Source: a bacterium
Lineage (GTDB): Bacteria > Patescibacteriota > Minisyncoccia > UBA6257 > JAUSGH01
DNA length: 60,505 nt
Direction: 5' to 3'
Assembly: GCA_030649055.1 (NCBI GenBank)
Contig: JAUSGH010000013.1
Coordinates: 1-60,505, forward strand
Position 1 is the first letter of the stretch, and each line of letters begins with the position of its first letter. Made by a program: the position numbers and the translations under genes. Below are positions 35,277-44,538 of this stretch, piece after piece. The notes under the pieces are model-generated. The model saw only the letters and a program-made list of their open reading frames with translations. It ran no database searches and was not told the origin of the DNA.

Positions 35277-35516
35277 TCATAGCCAGTACAGGAACTGCAG
35301 GTGGTCAAACAGTTCGCGGCGCATGACGTACGCAATCACGGAGATGATGCCGCTCATACAGAGCAGCACCCACACGCCCAGTCGCAAGCCCGCGGCATGA
35401 TACTCCGTCATCCACGCGTTTCCGACCGCCTTCGCCTCGCAATACTGATCCACGGTGCGCAGAAACCCCAGCGCAACGTAGATGAAGAGCGGCACGTAAA
35501 GCCAAAGCACTTGCAT
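35277..35516 (-). CDS. Hypothetical small membrane protein (GC-rich cassette gene)
   Basis: 79 aa from MQVLWLYVPLFIYV. SD ggagga. Promoter TGGACA-17-TGTATAAT at 35548..35576. Confidence 0.5.
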   Translation of the reverse strand: MQVLWLYVPLFIYVALGFLRTVDQYCEAKAVGNAWMTEYHAAGLRLGVWVLLCMSGIISVIAYVMRRELFDHLQFLYWL

Positions 35517-35547
35517 TGTTCTTTCCTCCAACGGAACACTGTACTAC

Positions 35548-35576
35548 ATTATACACCATCAGAAATGATTTGTCCA
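35548..35576 (-). promoter_or_regulatory. sigma70 promoter with extended -10 for 35277..35516
   Basis: Minus strand: TGGACA (35576-35571), 17-nt spacer, TATAAT (35553-35548) preceded by TG. Confidence 0.6.
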
Positions 35577-35586
35577 GTTTTTAAAA

Positions 35587-35615
35587 TTGACGCAAGGACC
35601 ATTATACTCTAGTAT
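35587..35615 (+). promoter_or_regulatory. sigma70-like promoter for 35647..36039
   Basis: TTGACG, 17-nt spacer, TAGTAT. Confidence 0.55.
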
Positions 35616-35646
35616 TTTCAGCAGTGGTTCGTTTTGGAGATAGAAC

Positions 35647-36039
35647 ATGAGCACAGCCAAGAAGCCGGCGAATGTGCCGAGGTGCTACCTCATCGGCAAA
35701 TTCGGACTCATCCAGGCCTTCGTGCGCCTCGGTTGGCCCAAACAGACCGTCGTCGTGATTGACTACGCCGGCGTCACGACGGATTTGGACTTGGAACTCC
35801 GTGGGCGACTCCACGATCGGGACCACATCGGCGTCTCCTTCGGCGAACGCAATCGCCGCTACTGCAACCACGCCGGAGACATCGCAGTCGTGAAACTCTG
35901 CGGTGAACGTGCCGCCAAGGACTTCATCAAGAAGCTCAATCCCTACTGCCCCGTCTATATCTTCAGACACGGAAAGTGCGTCTACCACCAGGACCCGAAG
36001 GCCGGCATACACGAATCGGGCATGCGGGCGCACGACTAG
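35647..36039 (+). CDS. Hypothetical protein (GC-rich cassette gene)
   Basis: 130 aa. SD ggaga. Followed by hairpin 36061..36102. Confidence 0.5.
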   Translation: MSTAKKPANVPRCYLIGKFGLIQAFVRLGWPKQTVVVIDYAGVTTDLDLELRGRLHDRDHIGVSFGERNRRYCNHAGDIAVVKLCGERAAKDFIKKLNPYCPVYIFRHGKCVYHQDPKAGIHESGMRAHD

Positions 36040-36060
36040 CGCATCCCTGCACGCAACAGG

Positions 36061-36102
36061 ACCCGCGGGCGGTAGCCAAAGGCTACTGCCCGCGGGTTTT
36101 GC
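36061..36102 (+). terminator. Terminator hairpin (apex GTAGCC-AAA-GGCTAC)
   Basis: acccgcgggcggtagcc-aaa-ggctactgcccgcgggt followed by tttgc. Confidence 0.65.
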
Positions 36103-36135
36103 ATTTCACCTCTTTTTCTCATACAATAAGGAAAT

Positions 36136-37917
36136 ATGGAAAAAACTTCCGACCCGAAGGACGAGCAGCTCCATAAGGTTCGTCATTCACTCGCCCACCT
36201 CATGGCGGCGGCGGTGATGAAAAAGTTTCCGGGCACAGCACTCGGCATCGGCCCCACGATTGAGGACGGATTCTATTATGACTTCAAGCTTCCATCCGCA
36301 ATTACGCCGGATGACCTGAAAGGACTAGAGGAAGACATGCGCAAACTCATCGCGCAAAAACTGCCGTTCACAAGTTTTACAAGAACACCGACCGAAGCGA
36401 TTGAACTTCTCAAAGACCAGCCGTTTAAGTTGGAGCTCGTGGAGGAGCTCAAAAAAACCAACGAACCGATTTCGTTTTACACGACCGGAGATGTGTTTAC
36501 GGATCTTTGTGCCGGTCCGCATGTCACAAACACCTCGGAAATTGATCCGTCCGGATTTACCCTCTCGCACATCGCGGGTGCCTATTGGCGTGGTAGCGAA
36601 AAAAATCCGCAGCTCACGCGCATTTATGGCGTTGCGTTTCCGGATAAGGCGCAATTGGATACGCACCTCGCAATGTTAGAAGAAGCAAAAAAGCGCGACC
36701 ATCGCAAGCTCGGCGCGGCACTAAAACTGTTTGCCTTCTCGGATTACGTCGGCCCCGGACTTCCGCTGTGGCTTCCGAACGGCACCATCATCGTTGAAGA
36801 ATTAGAGCGGCTTGCGAAGGACACCGAGCGCGCGGCCGGCTACAAACAAGTGCGCACACCGCACATCGCGAAAGAGACAATGTATAAAACATCGGGGCAC
36901 CTCCCCTATTATGCGGAGACCATGTTCCCGCCGATGCAACTCAAAGAGGAAAACGACGAGACGACGACGTATTACCTCAAGGCGATGAACTGCCCGCATC
37001 ATCACCAGATTTATGCCGCGGAACCGCGGAGCTACCGCGACCTTCCGTTACGCCTCGCCGAATACGGCACCGTGTATCGCTACGAAAAATCCGGCGAACT
37101 TTTCGGATTGATGCGCGTGCGAATGCTCTCCATGAACGACGCGCACATTTACTGTACAGAAGACCAATTTGAAAGCGAATTCCGCGCGGTGAACGACCTC
37201 TACCTCAATTACTTCAAACTCTTCGGTCTCACAAAATATGTGATGCGATTTTCAACGCACGCGGCAAGCGGGCTCGGCAAAAAATACGTGAACGAGCCGG
37301 AGCTGTGGAAGAAGACGGAGGACATGGTGCGCGAGGTGTTGGATAAGAGCGGCATCAATTACGTTGAGGTGGCGGACGAAGCCGCGTTTTACGGACCGAA
37401 AATTGACGTGCAGGTATGGAGTTCCATCGGCCGGGAGTTTACCATCGCCACCAACCAAGTGGACTTCGCGGTTCCGGGGCGCTTTGGCCTTACCTACACC
37501 GATACCGATGGCAAACCACAAACGCCACTCGTCATCCACCGGGCACCCCTCGGCACGCATGAGCGATTCATCGGATTTTTGATTGAACACTATGCCGGCA
37601 ACTTCCCGCTATGGCTGTCACCCGTCCAAGCACGGGTCATCGCGGTATCGGATAAGTTCCAGGAGTATGGGAAAGAGGTTCGGGAAGCCCTTGCTGCTGC
37701 CGGCATCCGCGTAGAACTTGTTGACTGCACCGAGCGGCTCGGCAAACGCATCCGCGAAGCGGAAGTGGAACATATCCCCTACATTCTGGTTATCGGAGGA
37801 AAAGAAGTTGAGGCGCGCAGCGTGAGCGTACGGCACAGCGTCAAAGGCGACTTGGGAGCGTTGCCGCTTGCTGAACTTGTTGTGAAATTGAAAGGTGAGA
37901 TTCAGACACGGGCATAG
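36136..37917 (+). CDS. thrS: Threonine--tRNA ligase (no N-terminal TGS domain)
   Basis: 593 aa. Begins at the editing-domain HSLAHLMAAA motif. Class II core (YRYEKSGELFGLMRVRMLSMNDAH) and an anticodon-binding domain. Confidence 0.93.
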   Translation: MEKTSDPKDEQLHKVRHSLAHLMAAAVMKKFPGTALGIGPTIEDGFYYDFKLPSAITPDDLKGLEEDMRKLIAQKLPFTSFTRTPTEAIELLKDQPFKLELVEELKKTNEPISFYTTGDVFTDLCAGPHVTNTSEIDPSGFTLSHIAGAYWRGSEKNPQLTRIYGVAFPDKAQLDTHLAMLEEAKKRDHRKLGAALKLFAFSDYVGPGLPLWLPNGTIIVEELERLAKDTERAAGYKQVRTPHIAKETMYKTSGHLPYYAETMFPPMQLKEENDETTTYYLKAMNCPHHHQIYAAEPRSYRDLPLRLAEYGTVYRYEKSGELFGLMRVRMLSMNDAHIYCTEDQFESEFRAVNDLYLNYFKLFGLTKYVMRFSTHAASGLGKKYVNEPELWKKTEDMVREVLDKSGINYVEVADEAAFYGPKIDVQVWSSIGREFTIATNQVDFAVPGRFGLTYTDTDGKPQTPLVIHRAPLGTHERFIGFLIEHYAGNFPLWLSPVQARVIAVSDKFQEYGKEVREALAAAGIRVELVDCTERLGKRIREAEVEHIPYILVIGGKEVEARSVSVRHSVKGDLGALPLAELVVKLKGEIQTRA

Positions 37918-37938
37918 TTTCCTGTTGCATAAAAATGA

Positions 37939-37969
37939 AAGGGTCCCGATGCGATGCACCGGGACCCTT
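37939..37969. terminator. Bidirectional hairpin between thrS and 38029..38154
   Basis: aagggtcccg-11 nt-cgggaccctt. Confidence 0.55.
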
Positions 37970-38028
37970 GCGCGAGTTGCGAAGCCGGGGGTAGACCTGC
38001 TTCGCAACAGTAATCGGGTACACCCCGA

Positions 38029-38154
38029 CTACGAACCGAAGACGTGCGGGAGAGACTCGGCACAGAGAAACACGAGGAGTTTCAGCCCCACGCACGTGAG
38101 GGCGAGCGCGATCATCGCGCCCGTAAGCCCCACATCCGGCTCATCCTCCTCCAT
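38029..38154 (-). CDS. Possible 41-aa single-TM peptide
   Basis: MEEDEPDVGLTGAMIALALTCVGLKLLVFLCAESLPHVFGS. aaggtgaggg precedes ATG 38154. Very short, so low confidence. Confidence 0.3.
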   Translation of the reverse strand: MEEDEPDVGLTGAMIALALTCVGLKLLVFLCAESLPHVFGS

Positions 38155-38323
38155 CACCCTCACCTTGTCCGAAGGAGAGGAGGATGGCTTCGGGAAACGA
38201 AGAAAGTTCGGAAGCCGCCGAAAGTTCGCTACCATCACTCACCTCTTTCCTTGATTCGTGACTTAATACAGTATAGCGCATCCGCGCCAAAAAGTCAATA
38301 GCCCTCGGATGCACGTCGGAGGG

Positions 38324-39076
38324 CTATTCCCCTACGTTTTTTGACGCATCATCCTGCGCCTTCTTGCGCCGGATTTCTTCCTCCTGTTGCTCGTAGCGCA
38401 AAGCGGTGACGCAGGCGACATCAACGAATTCCATGATTTTCGCCGCGACCTTTTCCACAAAGCGCTGATAGCGTGGGTTTGCCTTGAGCGGCTCCCGCTC
38501 CGTCTTCACGATGCGCCGGGCTTCCTCCTCCTTGTCCGCGAGTATCTTCCAAAGCTCTTTCGGAAGTCGCCGGCTGACATGCCCACGACACCACTGATAG
38601 CTCCGGAGTTCCGCGGCAAGCTCACGGTAGTACCGATTAGCCATGAGCCGCCTGCGCTCCGTGGCCGCCATCGCGTGGATCTCCGCGTCCGTACGCACGA
38701 GCGCGATATGGATACCGTCGGGAATGCAGCGCCCGAACCGATCTTTGATGTCCGGCTCCTTCTGCTCCAGCTTCCACTTCACAAGGTCGTCTTCCAACGC
38801 GTTACTGAAGAGCAGAATGTAACGCACTGAACCGTACCGCCGCAGATGCTTGGAGAGCGTCCGGAACGGCTTCTTGCGCTCGGAGTATTTCACTTGCACC
38901 TTCATGGAAAGACCGTTGCGCAGCCCGATGATGAAATCAATTCCCGTTAAGAAATCGACTCCCTGCCCATCTGCCCCGCGAATAAAGCCGGGAATCTTTC
39001 CTCGCGCCTTAAGGAGCTCCACCGCGTCATTTGTCACCTCCTCCACCCAATGACCAAGATTATTCTCTTCCGACAC
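38324..39076 (-). CDS. Hypothetical protein (GC-rich cassette gene)
   Basis: 250 aa. GTG start preceded by ggaggg. An extended -10 (TGGTATAAT, 39117..39125) overlaps the stop codon of the upstream gene. Beta-rich N-terminal half and a helical, charged C-terminal half. Confidence 0.55.
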   Translation of the reverse strand: MSEENNLGHWVEEVTNDAVELLKARGKIPGFIRGADGQGVDFLTGIDFIIGLRNGLSMKVQVKYSERKKPFRTLSKHLRRYGSVRYILLFSNALEDDLVKWKLEQKEPDIKDRFGRCIPDGIHIALVRTDAEIHAMAATERRRLMANRYYRELAAELRSYQWCRGHVSRRLPKELWKILADKEEEARRIVKTEREPLKANPRYQRFVEKVAAKIMEFVDVACVTALRYEQQEEEIRRKKAQDDASKNVGE

Positions 39077-39117
39077 GCTTTGCCCTCCAAATCAAGAGCA
39101 ACCATTTGCTTCTTTTA

Positions 39118-39804
39118 TTATACCATCTCAAACTTCCGCTGGTCGGGATGAAACTCAAGTTCAACATCGGAAACAATAATTCGTGGCCTGAATTCCTTCG
39201 GAATCGCGCGCATGCTACGCTCAATTTTTTTCATCTGCAAAAAACGCAACATTCGTTCCATTGCGTTGCCCATCTTGCCCGAAAGCATCGCGGAAAGCAT
39301 GCGACCGACAATGTTTGCCCGATCCCCGATATGCCGCGCGTCTTCCGCGTATTGTGTTTCATCCCCCATCCAACCCGCGTTCGCCGCCCAAAACGCATTG
39401 ACCGCTTCGGGTCTCCCAAACACAGGCACAAGCGAGGAGTACATTGCCCGCCACGCATCGCTGTATGGCGGCTTTAAACAATACGCGCTTCGGGTGACAA
39501 AATGATTCAGACACACTTTATCCGCCGCCGTTTCGTGGCGGTCAAGGCGCGATCTGCGCCAGCCAAAAATCCCGAACACCAATGCGGCAAAAAACCGCGC
39601 GGTGAAGATCCGTCCTTCACGGCTTCCTATCAGCACATCAAAATCCGACGTTTGGTTAACATTCCCCGTCGCCATGGAACCGGAGGCAAGCGCAAACTCC
39701 ACAAACGGAATATAGCGCACGAGCCACGCGCGGCGCAAAAACTTCTTCCACTTTATATCGTAAAGCACTTGCTGCTGACGTTTTGCTCCGAGGGCGGCTT
39801 CCAT
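39118..39804 (-). CDS. Nucleotidyltransferase-domain protein (Pol beta superfamily)
   Basis: 228 aa. GSMATGNVNQTSDFDVLIG fits the hG[GS]x9-13Dh[DE]h motif. No SD. Its start abuts the rmuC stop. Confidence 0.65.
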   Translation of the reverse strand: MEAALGAKRQQQVLYDIKWKKFLRRAWLVRYIPFVEFALASGSMATGNVNQTSDFDVLIGSREGRIFTARFFAALVFGIFGWRRSRLDRHETAADKVCLNHFVTRSAYCLKPPYSDAWRAMYSSLVPVFGRPEAVNAFWAANAGWMGDETQYAEDARHIGDRANIVGRMLSAMLSGKMGNAMERMLRFLQMKKIERSMRAIPKEFRPRIIVSDVELEFHPDQRKFEMV

Positions 39805-39806
39805 AA

Positions 39807-40853
39807 CTATTCCTCGCTATCCGGTCCCTCGATAAGTTCCGGCTTAACCCCTACCGCTTCTCCGGTAATCTTCAACACATCTTTATCAATCTTTCCGAAT
39901 TCTTTATACGCGTGGTTATACATGGAAACCGTCGTTCCGAGATTTTTCCCCACCTTCTGCATATATTCATCAAACGTCAGGAGATGACGTCCCAAGTTTT
40001 CCACTTGCTTGGTAATTTCTTTTGCCTGTTCCGATATTTTTTGATTGCGCAAACCCTGCAGCACGGTCTGGAGATACGCGAGGAATGACGTCGGCGAAAC
40101 AATAATGACGTGCTTTGTTCCCGCGTAGTTAATCAGATTCCGTGTTTCTTCGGCAACGGCGCCGATTTTGTTAATGAGCAAGTCGTAATAAATCGCCTCT
40201 GACGGAATAAACATAAACGCAAAATCCATTGTGTTCTCCTGCGGCTTCACATATTTTGACGTTTCATCAATGCGGACCTTCAAGTCCGCGACCAGCGCTG
40301 CTTCGTAGCGCTTTTTTTCTACCGGATCGCGCGCTTCCAAGATGCGGTTGTAGTTTTCCAGGCTAAACTTTGAGTCAATGGGGATGACGCGCTTATCCAC
40401 AAACACGGCGGCGTCCACAATGACGCCGTCCGTAAACGCGTACTGCATCTGATACGAACCCGGCGGCAACACATTCTTCAATACCGTCTCCAAATAATAT
40501 TCGCCCAAAATGCCACGCTGTTTCGGGTTTTTCAAAATATCCTGCAGGTTTTTCAACTGATCGGCAAAACTCACGACCTGCTTGTTTGTTTCGTCCAGAC
40601 GCGTCAGTTTTTCCGTTACGTCACGGATGATGCCGGCGCTCTGACTAAACTGATGCTGCATCGCGCGCGCGGATTCGCCGAGCTTCACATCCAGCGTCTG
40701 CGCGATCTGGCTAATCTGCTGCTGCAGCATCAGCATGGACTGCGTATCGTCTTTTGGCTTAAGTGCCTCAAGCGTTTTCCGCAAAGCAAAATACAGCGCC
40801 GCGAAACCAGCAATAACAACCGCAAGAACAATGGCGAGCGTCGTGATGTTCAT
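39807..40853 (-). CDS. rmuC: DNA recombination protein RmuC
   Basis: 348 aa. N-terminal TM helix, long coiled coil, and a RmuC core (FAFMFIPSEAIYYDL ... HVIIVSPTSFLAYL). Confidence 0.85.
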   Translation of the reverse strand: MNITTLAIVLAVVIAGFAALYFALRKTLEALKPKDDTQSMLMLQQQISQIAQTLDVKLGESARAMQHQFSQSAGIIRDVTEKLTRLDETNKQVVSFADQLKNLQDILKNPKQRGILGEYYLETVLKNVLPPGSYQMQYAFTDGVIVDAAVFVDKRVIPIDSKFSLENYNRILEARDPVEKKRYEAALVADLKVRIDETSKYVKPQENTMDFAFMFIPSEAIYYDLLINKIGAVAEETRNLINYAGTKHVIIVSPTSFLAYLQTVLQGLRNQKISEQAKEITKQVENLGRHLLTFDEYMQKVGKNLGTTVSMYNHAYKEFGKIDKDVLKITGEAVGVKPELIEGPDSEE

Positions 40854-40898
40854 ATCTCCAGTATACGAGATTTTCCGATTTGGTGTAAACTAAGATTC

Positions 40899-41465
40899 AT
40901 GAGACTTCTCGCTGACATCATGCGTCTTGCAGCGGCGATTACCGCCCTCTATACGTTTTATATCGGCCACACCGGAGACGCGCTTATCGTCCTCGCGATT
41001 ACCCTTGGCACGCTTGGCTTTAAGCTGCGCCGCCATATTTTAATTGAAGAGTCGCGCGAAGCGGACCGGTGGGAGTTCGCGCTTACGCTTCTTTTTACCA
41101 CTAACATTATATTTGTCGCGCTCGAACTTTTTTATCAGCCCTCGCTTGCTTTCTTTGATACGTTGATGCATTTTGCCGGAGGCGCGGCCGTCGGATGGTG
41201 GGCACTCCTCGCGCTCACCAACAACCGCACCCTCGCGCTTGACCCCGCGCGAGCGCTCCTTTTTATTATCGGCGCCGCGGCATTGCTGGGCATTGGCTGG
41301 GAACTTTTTGAATGGGCGCTGGATAACACCGTGGGCGTTTGGTACACGGCCCAAAAAGCGCAACCAAGTTTAAATGACTCCATGGCAGACTTGGCACTGG
41401 ATGTCCTCGGCGGCTTTATTGTCGGAGCGTTATTGCTCCGCTTCCGAAAAAAACTACTAAGCTAG
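40899..41465 (+). CDS. Hypothetical integral membrane protein
   Basis: 188 aa from MRLLADIM, 5-6 TM helices. Confidence 0.55.
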   Translation: MRLLADIMRLAAAITALYTFYIGHTGDALIVLAITLGTLGFKLRRHILIEESREADRWEFALTLLFTTNIIFVALELFYQPSLAFFDTLMHFAGGAAVGWWALLALTNNRTLALDPARALLFIIGAAALLGIGWELFEWALDNTVGVWYTAQKAQPSLNDSMADLALDVLGGFIVGALLLRFRKKLLS

Positions 41466-41489
41466 AACTTACGCATTTCGCGCTTTTTT

Positions 41490-41564
41490 GTCATTCCCGC
41501 GGAGGCGGGAATCCAGTAATAAGCCGTTTTTAATGCTCTGGATTCCCGTTTTCACGGGAATGAC
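41490..41564. repeat. Two GTCATTCCCGC..GCGGGAATCCAG-family palindromes in head-to-head arrangement
   Basis: gtcattcccgcggaggcgggaatccag ... ctggattcccgttttcacgggaatgac. Confidence 0.9.
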
Positions 41565-41592
41565 GCTAATTGCGTAGGTCCCATAAGCGTAT

Positions 41593-41964
41593 CTACGATT
41601 CGTCCGGTGCAAGGACTACAAGCGCAAGCGCGGCAAGGCCAAGCGAAAAATCGCGGAACACCACGTCCATAAACCGCAGATTAAACACCGTCACCGAAAA
41701 GAGGAACAGCGCCGCAAACCCCGCGGCCCAACGCAGGTTACGGCCGGAGAGCAGCCACAATCCCAATCCGATCTGCGCGATTGATGCGCCATCCAAAAGC
41801 AGCGTCGGAGAGACGGGGCTCAACGCCACCACAAATCGCGGAATCCAATCTACCCACGCCTCCGGCACGCGGATACTCTGTATCGCCGCGTAAAAAAATA
41901 CAAATGCCAGCGCGACACGCAACAACCATCTCGCTTGAGTGATCTTTGACATTATATTCAACAT
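41593..41964 (-). CDS. Small membrane protein (DoxX-like topology)
   Basis: 123 aa from MLNIMSK, 4 TM helices. The family assignment is only a resemblance. Confidence 0.45.
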   Translation of the reverse strand: MLNIMSKITQARWLLRVALAFVFFYAAIQSIRVPEAWVDWIPRFVVALSPVSPTLLLDGASIAQIGLGLWLLSGRNLRWAAGFAALFLFSVTVFNLRFMDVVFRDFSLGLAALALVVLAPDES

Positions 41965-42092
41965 ATCCCCGCCTTCCGCGTGAGTCAATTACCGGTCTGG
42001 ACAGGATCCGTGTAAAAGTTTTATACTGAGCGCAGTAATAGGCGGATCATGCCGCCCCTTGTTCCTAACCTCAACACGAAGGAGATTGCATC

Positions 42093-42815
42093 ATGTTGCA
42101 CCGATTTGCTCTTGTGCTATTGGGGCTTTCTACGACATATGTGTTCGCGGAAGGCGGACCGACGCCGGAGGCGCTCGGCAAGGCATTCGACGCGCAGGTG
42201 GCGCGGCTCACGGAACGCGGCTATCCGAAGATGTTCGGGGAGTCAAAGATCTTTGACGAGACGATGGCAAAACTCCGGGCGGAGGCGGTGCAGTATGTGC
42301 CGGCAAAACCGGAATACACATTCCTCATCGTCATCCCCGAGAACGACGCTCCGCTTGCATGGCAAGTACGCCAAATTATCACGCCATCGGGCGAGGCGTG
42401 CAACATTCCGCTGGAGTTCGCATTCCGCGAGAATGTAGAAATGAAAAACAACGGAACATTCACGACGCCACGTGAGCCGTATCTCTGCTATGACATTGAT
42501 GCGGGCGATGCCACCGCGAACCAATGGATTTGCGACGTTGCCGTCGGACTCGCTACGGCGCATCGCAGAGGACTCACACTCCTCGAGTGCGTGTCGTTCC
42601 TTGTCCAGCATCCCGAACTCCTCTCAAAAACGAAGGTTGCCGCGTTCGGCACCATGATCGACGACCCCAAGCGCGGCACTATGTGCGCGTATTGGAACTT
42701 GGAAAATGCTCGTCCGTACCACCCGTATGTGAGCATGACGGATTGGACACTACTCAACAATCCCAGAAGCGGCGATTGGTACAGGCACATCCAGTTCCCT
42801 ACATGCCGGGAGTAG
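42093..42815 (+). CDS. Secreted hypothetical protein, paralog A (GC-rich cassette gene)
   Basis: 240 aa. SD aaggag. Signal peptide MLHRFALVLLGLSTTYVFA. Shares AQVARL..GYP.MFG, PL.WQ, HRRGLT and C-terminal FP(T/S)C with 42820..43635. Confidence 0.6.
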   Translation: MLHRFALVLLGLSTTYVFAEGGPTPEALGKAFDAQVARLTERGYPKMFGESKIFDETMAKLRAEAVQYVPAKPEYTFLIVIPENDAPLAWQVRQIITPSGEACNIPLEFAFRENVEMKNNGTFTTPREPYLCYDIDAGDATANQWICDVAVGLATAHRRGLTLLECVSFLVQHPELLSKTKVAAFGTMIDDPKRGTMCAYWNLENARPYHPYVSMTDWTLLNNPRSGDWYRHIQFPTCRE

Positions 42816-42819
42816 AACC

Positions 42820-43635
42820 ATGCATTACAACATGCGATGCGCGTTTATGCTCTTCATCGCGATGATAGGCGTAAACGCCGACGAAAGACCCAGTGGCCGT
42901 ATGTGGGAGGCCGAGGATCTTAAAACGCGCTATATCGCGCAAGTTGCGCGACTGCGCGCGTTGGGATACCCCGCAATGTTCGGCGGCGACTCCCTCTTCG
43001 AAGAGCGGTTCAAGGCGGATCGGCAACCATGGAGTCCCTACAAATCCGTCTACGAGGAACTCTTCAAAACAACGCCGGTGTGGGTAGACGACGGGAACAT
43101 TCCGATGCTCATCGTCGTTCCGCGGAACTGCGCGCCGCTCCGCTGGCAAGCGACACGCGTGATGATTGACGGCGTGAAATCGGATGCGCCGCAATTTGAA
43201 CTCTCCCGCGTCCAAGACATCGCCGATAGCCCAGCGCTGCAACGTCCGTACATCCTCTTCAACGTGAATCCGGGAGCGGATACATACACCACATCGGTGC
43301 ATGGCGCGGAAAATGACTTGAAAAACATGCATCGGCGCGGACTCACCTTCGCCGAAGGTATCGCGCTTCTCGCCCAGTACCCCGATGTCATGAAATGCAA
43401 TCGTGGCATAAACGAGGACTACCGCGAACGTTTCGCTTTCGGTCGCGTCGTCTTCCTCGGGGCGAGCTACGGCGGTGCGTGTCCCTGTGACAACACCGCG
43501 GAGGAATTTATCACGTTCAAGGTGCGCAAGCACCAGGGAGACGGATTCGCCCGCGGCTACTTCACCCCCGTCATCCGACGGGACATGACACCAAACTACT
43601 CGCGATTCTTGTTCCCCTCGTGCGAAGCGGAATGA
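42820..43635 (+). CDS. Secreted hypothetical protein, paralog B (GC-rich cassette gene)
   Basis: 271 aa. Starts 5 nt after paralog A ends. Signal-like N-terminus and the same conserved blocks as paralog A. Confidence 0.6.
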   Translation: MHYNMRCAFMLFIAMIGVNADERPSGRMWEAEDLKTRYIAQVARLRALGYPAMFGGDSLFEERFKADRQPWSPYKSVYEELFKTTPVWVDDGNIPMLIVVPRNCAPLRWQATRVMIDGVKSDAPQFELSRVQDIADSPALQRPYILFNVNPGADTYTTSVHGAENDLKNMHRRGLTFAEGIALLAQYPDVMKCNRGINEDYRERFAFGRVVFLGASYGGACPCDNTAEEFITFKVRKHQGDGFARGYFTPVIRRDMTPNYSRFLFPSCEAE

Positions 43636-43657
43636 AACTAGAGTCGCGCGTAAAACG

Positions 43658-43696
43658 AAAATTCCCCGAGTCGCCTGAGGCGACCCGGGGAATTTT
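43658..43696. terminator. Bidirectional terminator hairpin (apex GTCGCC-TGAG-GCGAC)
   Basis: aaaattccccgagtcgcc-tgag-gcgacccggggaatttt. Confidence 0.65.
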
Positions 43697-43713
43697 GCTT
43701 TCCGGCGCGGTAG

Positions 43714-44538
43714 CTATTTCTTCTTTTCGTCACCAAGCGCCAGCACGATGACCTCAAAATGCACGGGGTGAAGACTCTGTTCGTCTGCTTCGGAGCACAA
43801 CTGCAACGCATGCGGCTCTCCGAAGTACACATCAAGGTGCGCGACGTTTCTCTTCACGGGACAAAACACCCCCGACCCCGAATCGCCACGACTTTCCGGC
43901 GCGAAGAGCTCTGCGCCAACTTCACCGGCTTTCTTGGTGAAACGGCGCTCCATCCGCGCAACTTCCCGCACTGCCGCAGCGTCCATGGACCGCGACCAAC
44001 GCTGTGACATGTTGTTATGCGGCGTCCGACAGATAGGACACTGGTTGAATCCAAGCTCCCACACCAGGAACGCGGTGAATGCGAGCGACATACGCCGGTG
44101 ACAGAAGAACCGCGCGTCAGCTCCCCTGGCGGTTGCCGCATAACGGAAACACACCGCGAGCAGCGTCGCGTCCTTTTCGCTCTGCAAATCCAGCGCAGAA
44201 GCAAAGAGATCGCGATGCCGTAAGTCACCGACCGGGATGACGTCACCAACCGCGACGCACCTCTTTGGCGCATCATCATACGCCAAGTCCGGAAAGTGCG
44301 TCCAGTAATGGCATTCATCGCTATAGGTACGGAGGACATTCTCGGCGATGTTAAAGAGCTCATGCAACGACTTCTTCCCTGTCATGTCGAGCAACTGTTG
44401 CACGCCGCCCTTCACCCTCCACCACGAATAACGCGCGTAGAGGTAGATGTTCCAGAGCGCTACCCTTCCCCAAAACGACGCGATGAGAAATATGCTAATC
44501 GCGCCGAGGATGAGATACGTCTTATCGACATCCACCAT
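43714..44538 (-). CDS. Hypothetical membrane-anchored protein (GC-rich cassette gene)
   Basis: ATG at 44538 preceded by aaggag. N-terminal TM helix (YLILGAISIFLIASFWG). Cys/His-rich soluble domain. Confidence 0.55.
   Translation of the reverse strand: MVDVDKTYLILGAISIFLIASFWGRVALWNIYLYARYSWWRVKGGVQQLLDMTGKKSLHELFNIAENVLRTYSDECHYWTHFPDLAYDDAPKRCVAVGDVIPVGDLRHRDLFASALDLQSEKDATLLAVCFRYAATARGADARFFCHRRMSLAFTAFLVWELGFNQCPICRTPHNNMSQRWSRSMDAAAVREVARMERRFTKKAGEVGAELFAPESRGDSGSGVFCPVKRNVAHLDVYFGEPHALQLCSEADEQSLHPVHFEVIVLALGDEKKK

Noticed and set aside
35248-35400. 50-codon plus-strand ORF preceded by a good GAAGGAG SD
   Set aside because: It overlaps antisense with the 3-TM ORF 35277..35516, which has its own promoter and SD. 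The peptide is Arg/Ser-rich with no features. The SD-like string may be fortuitous.
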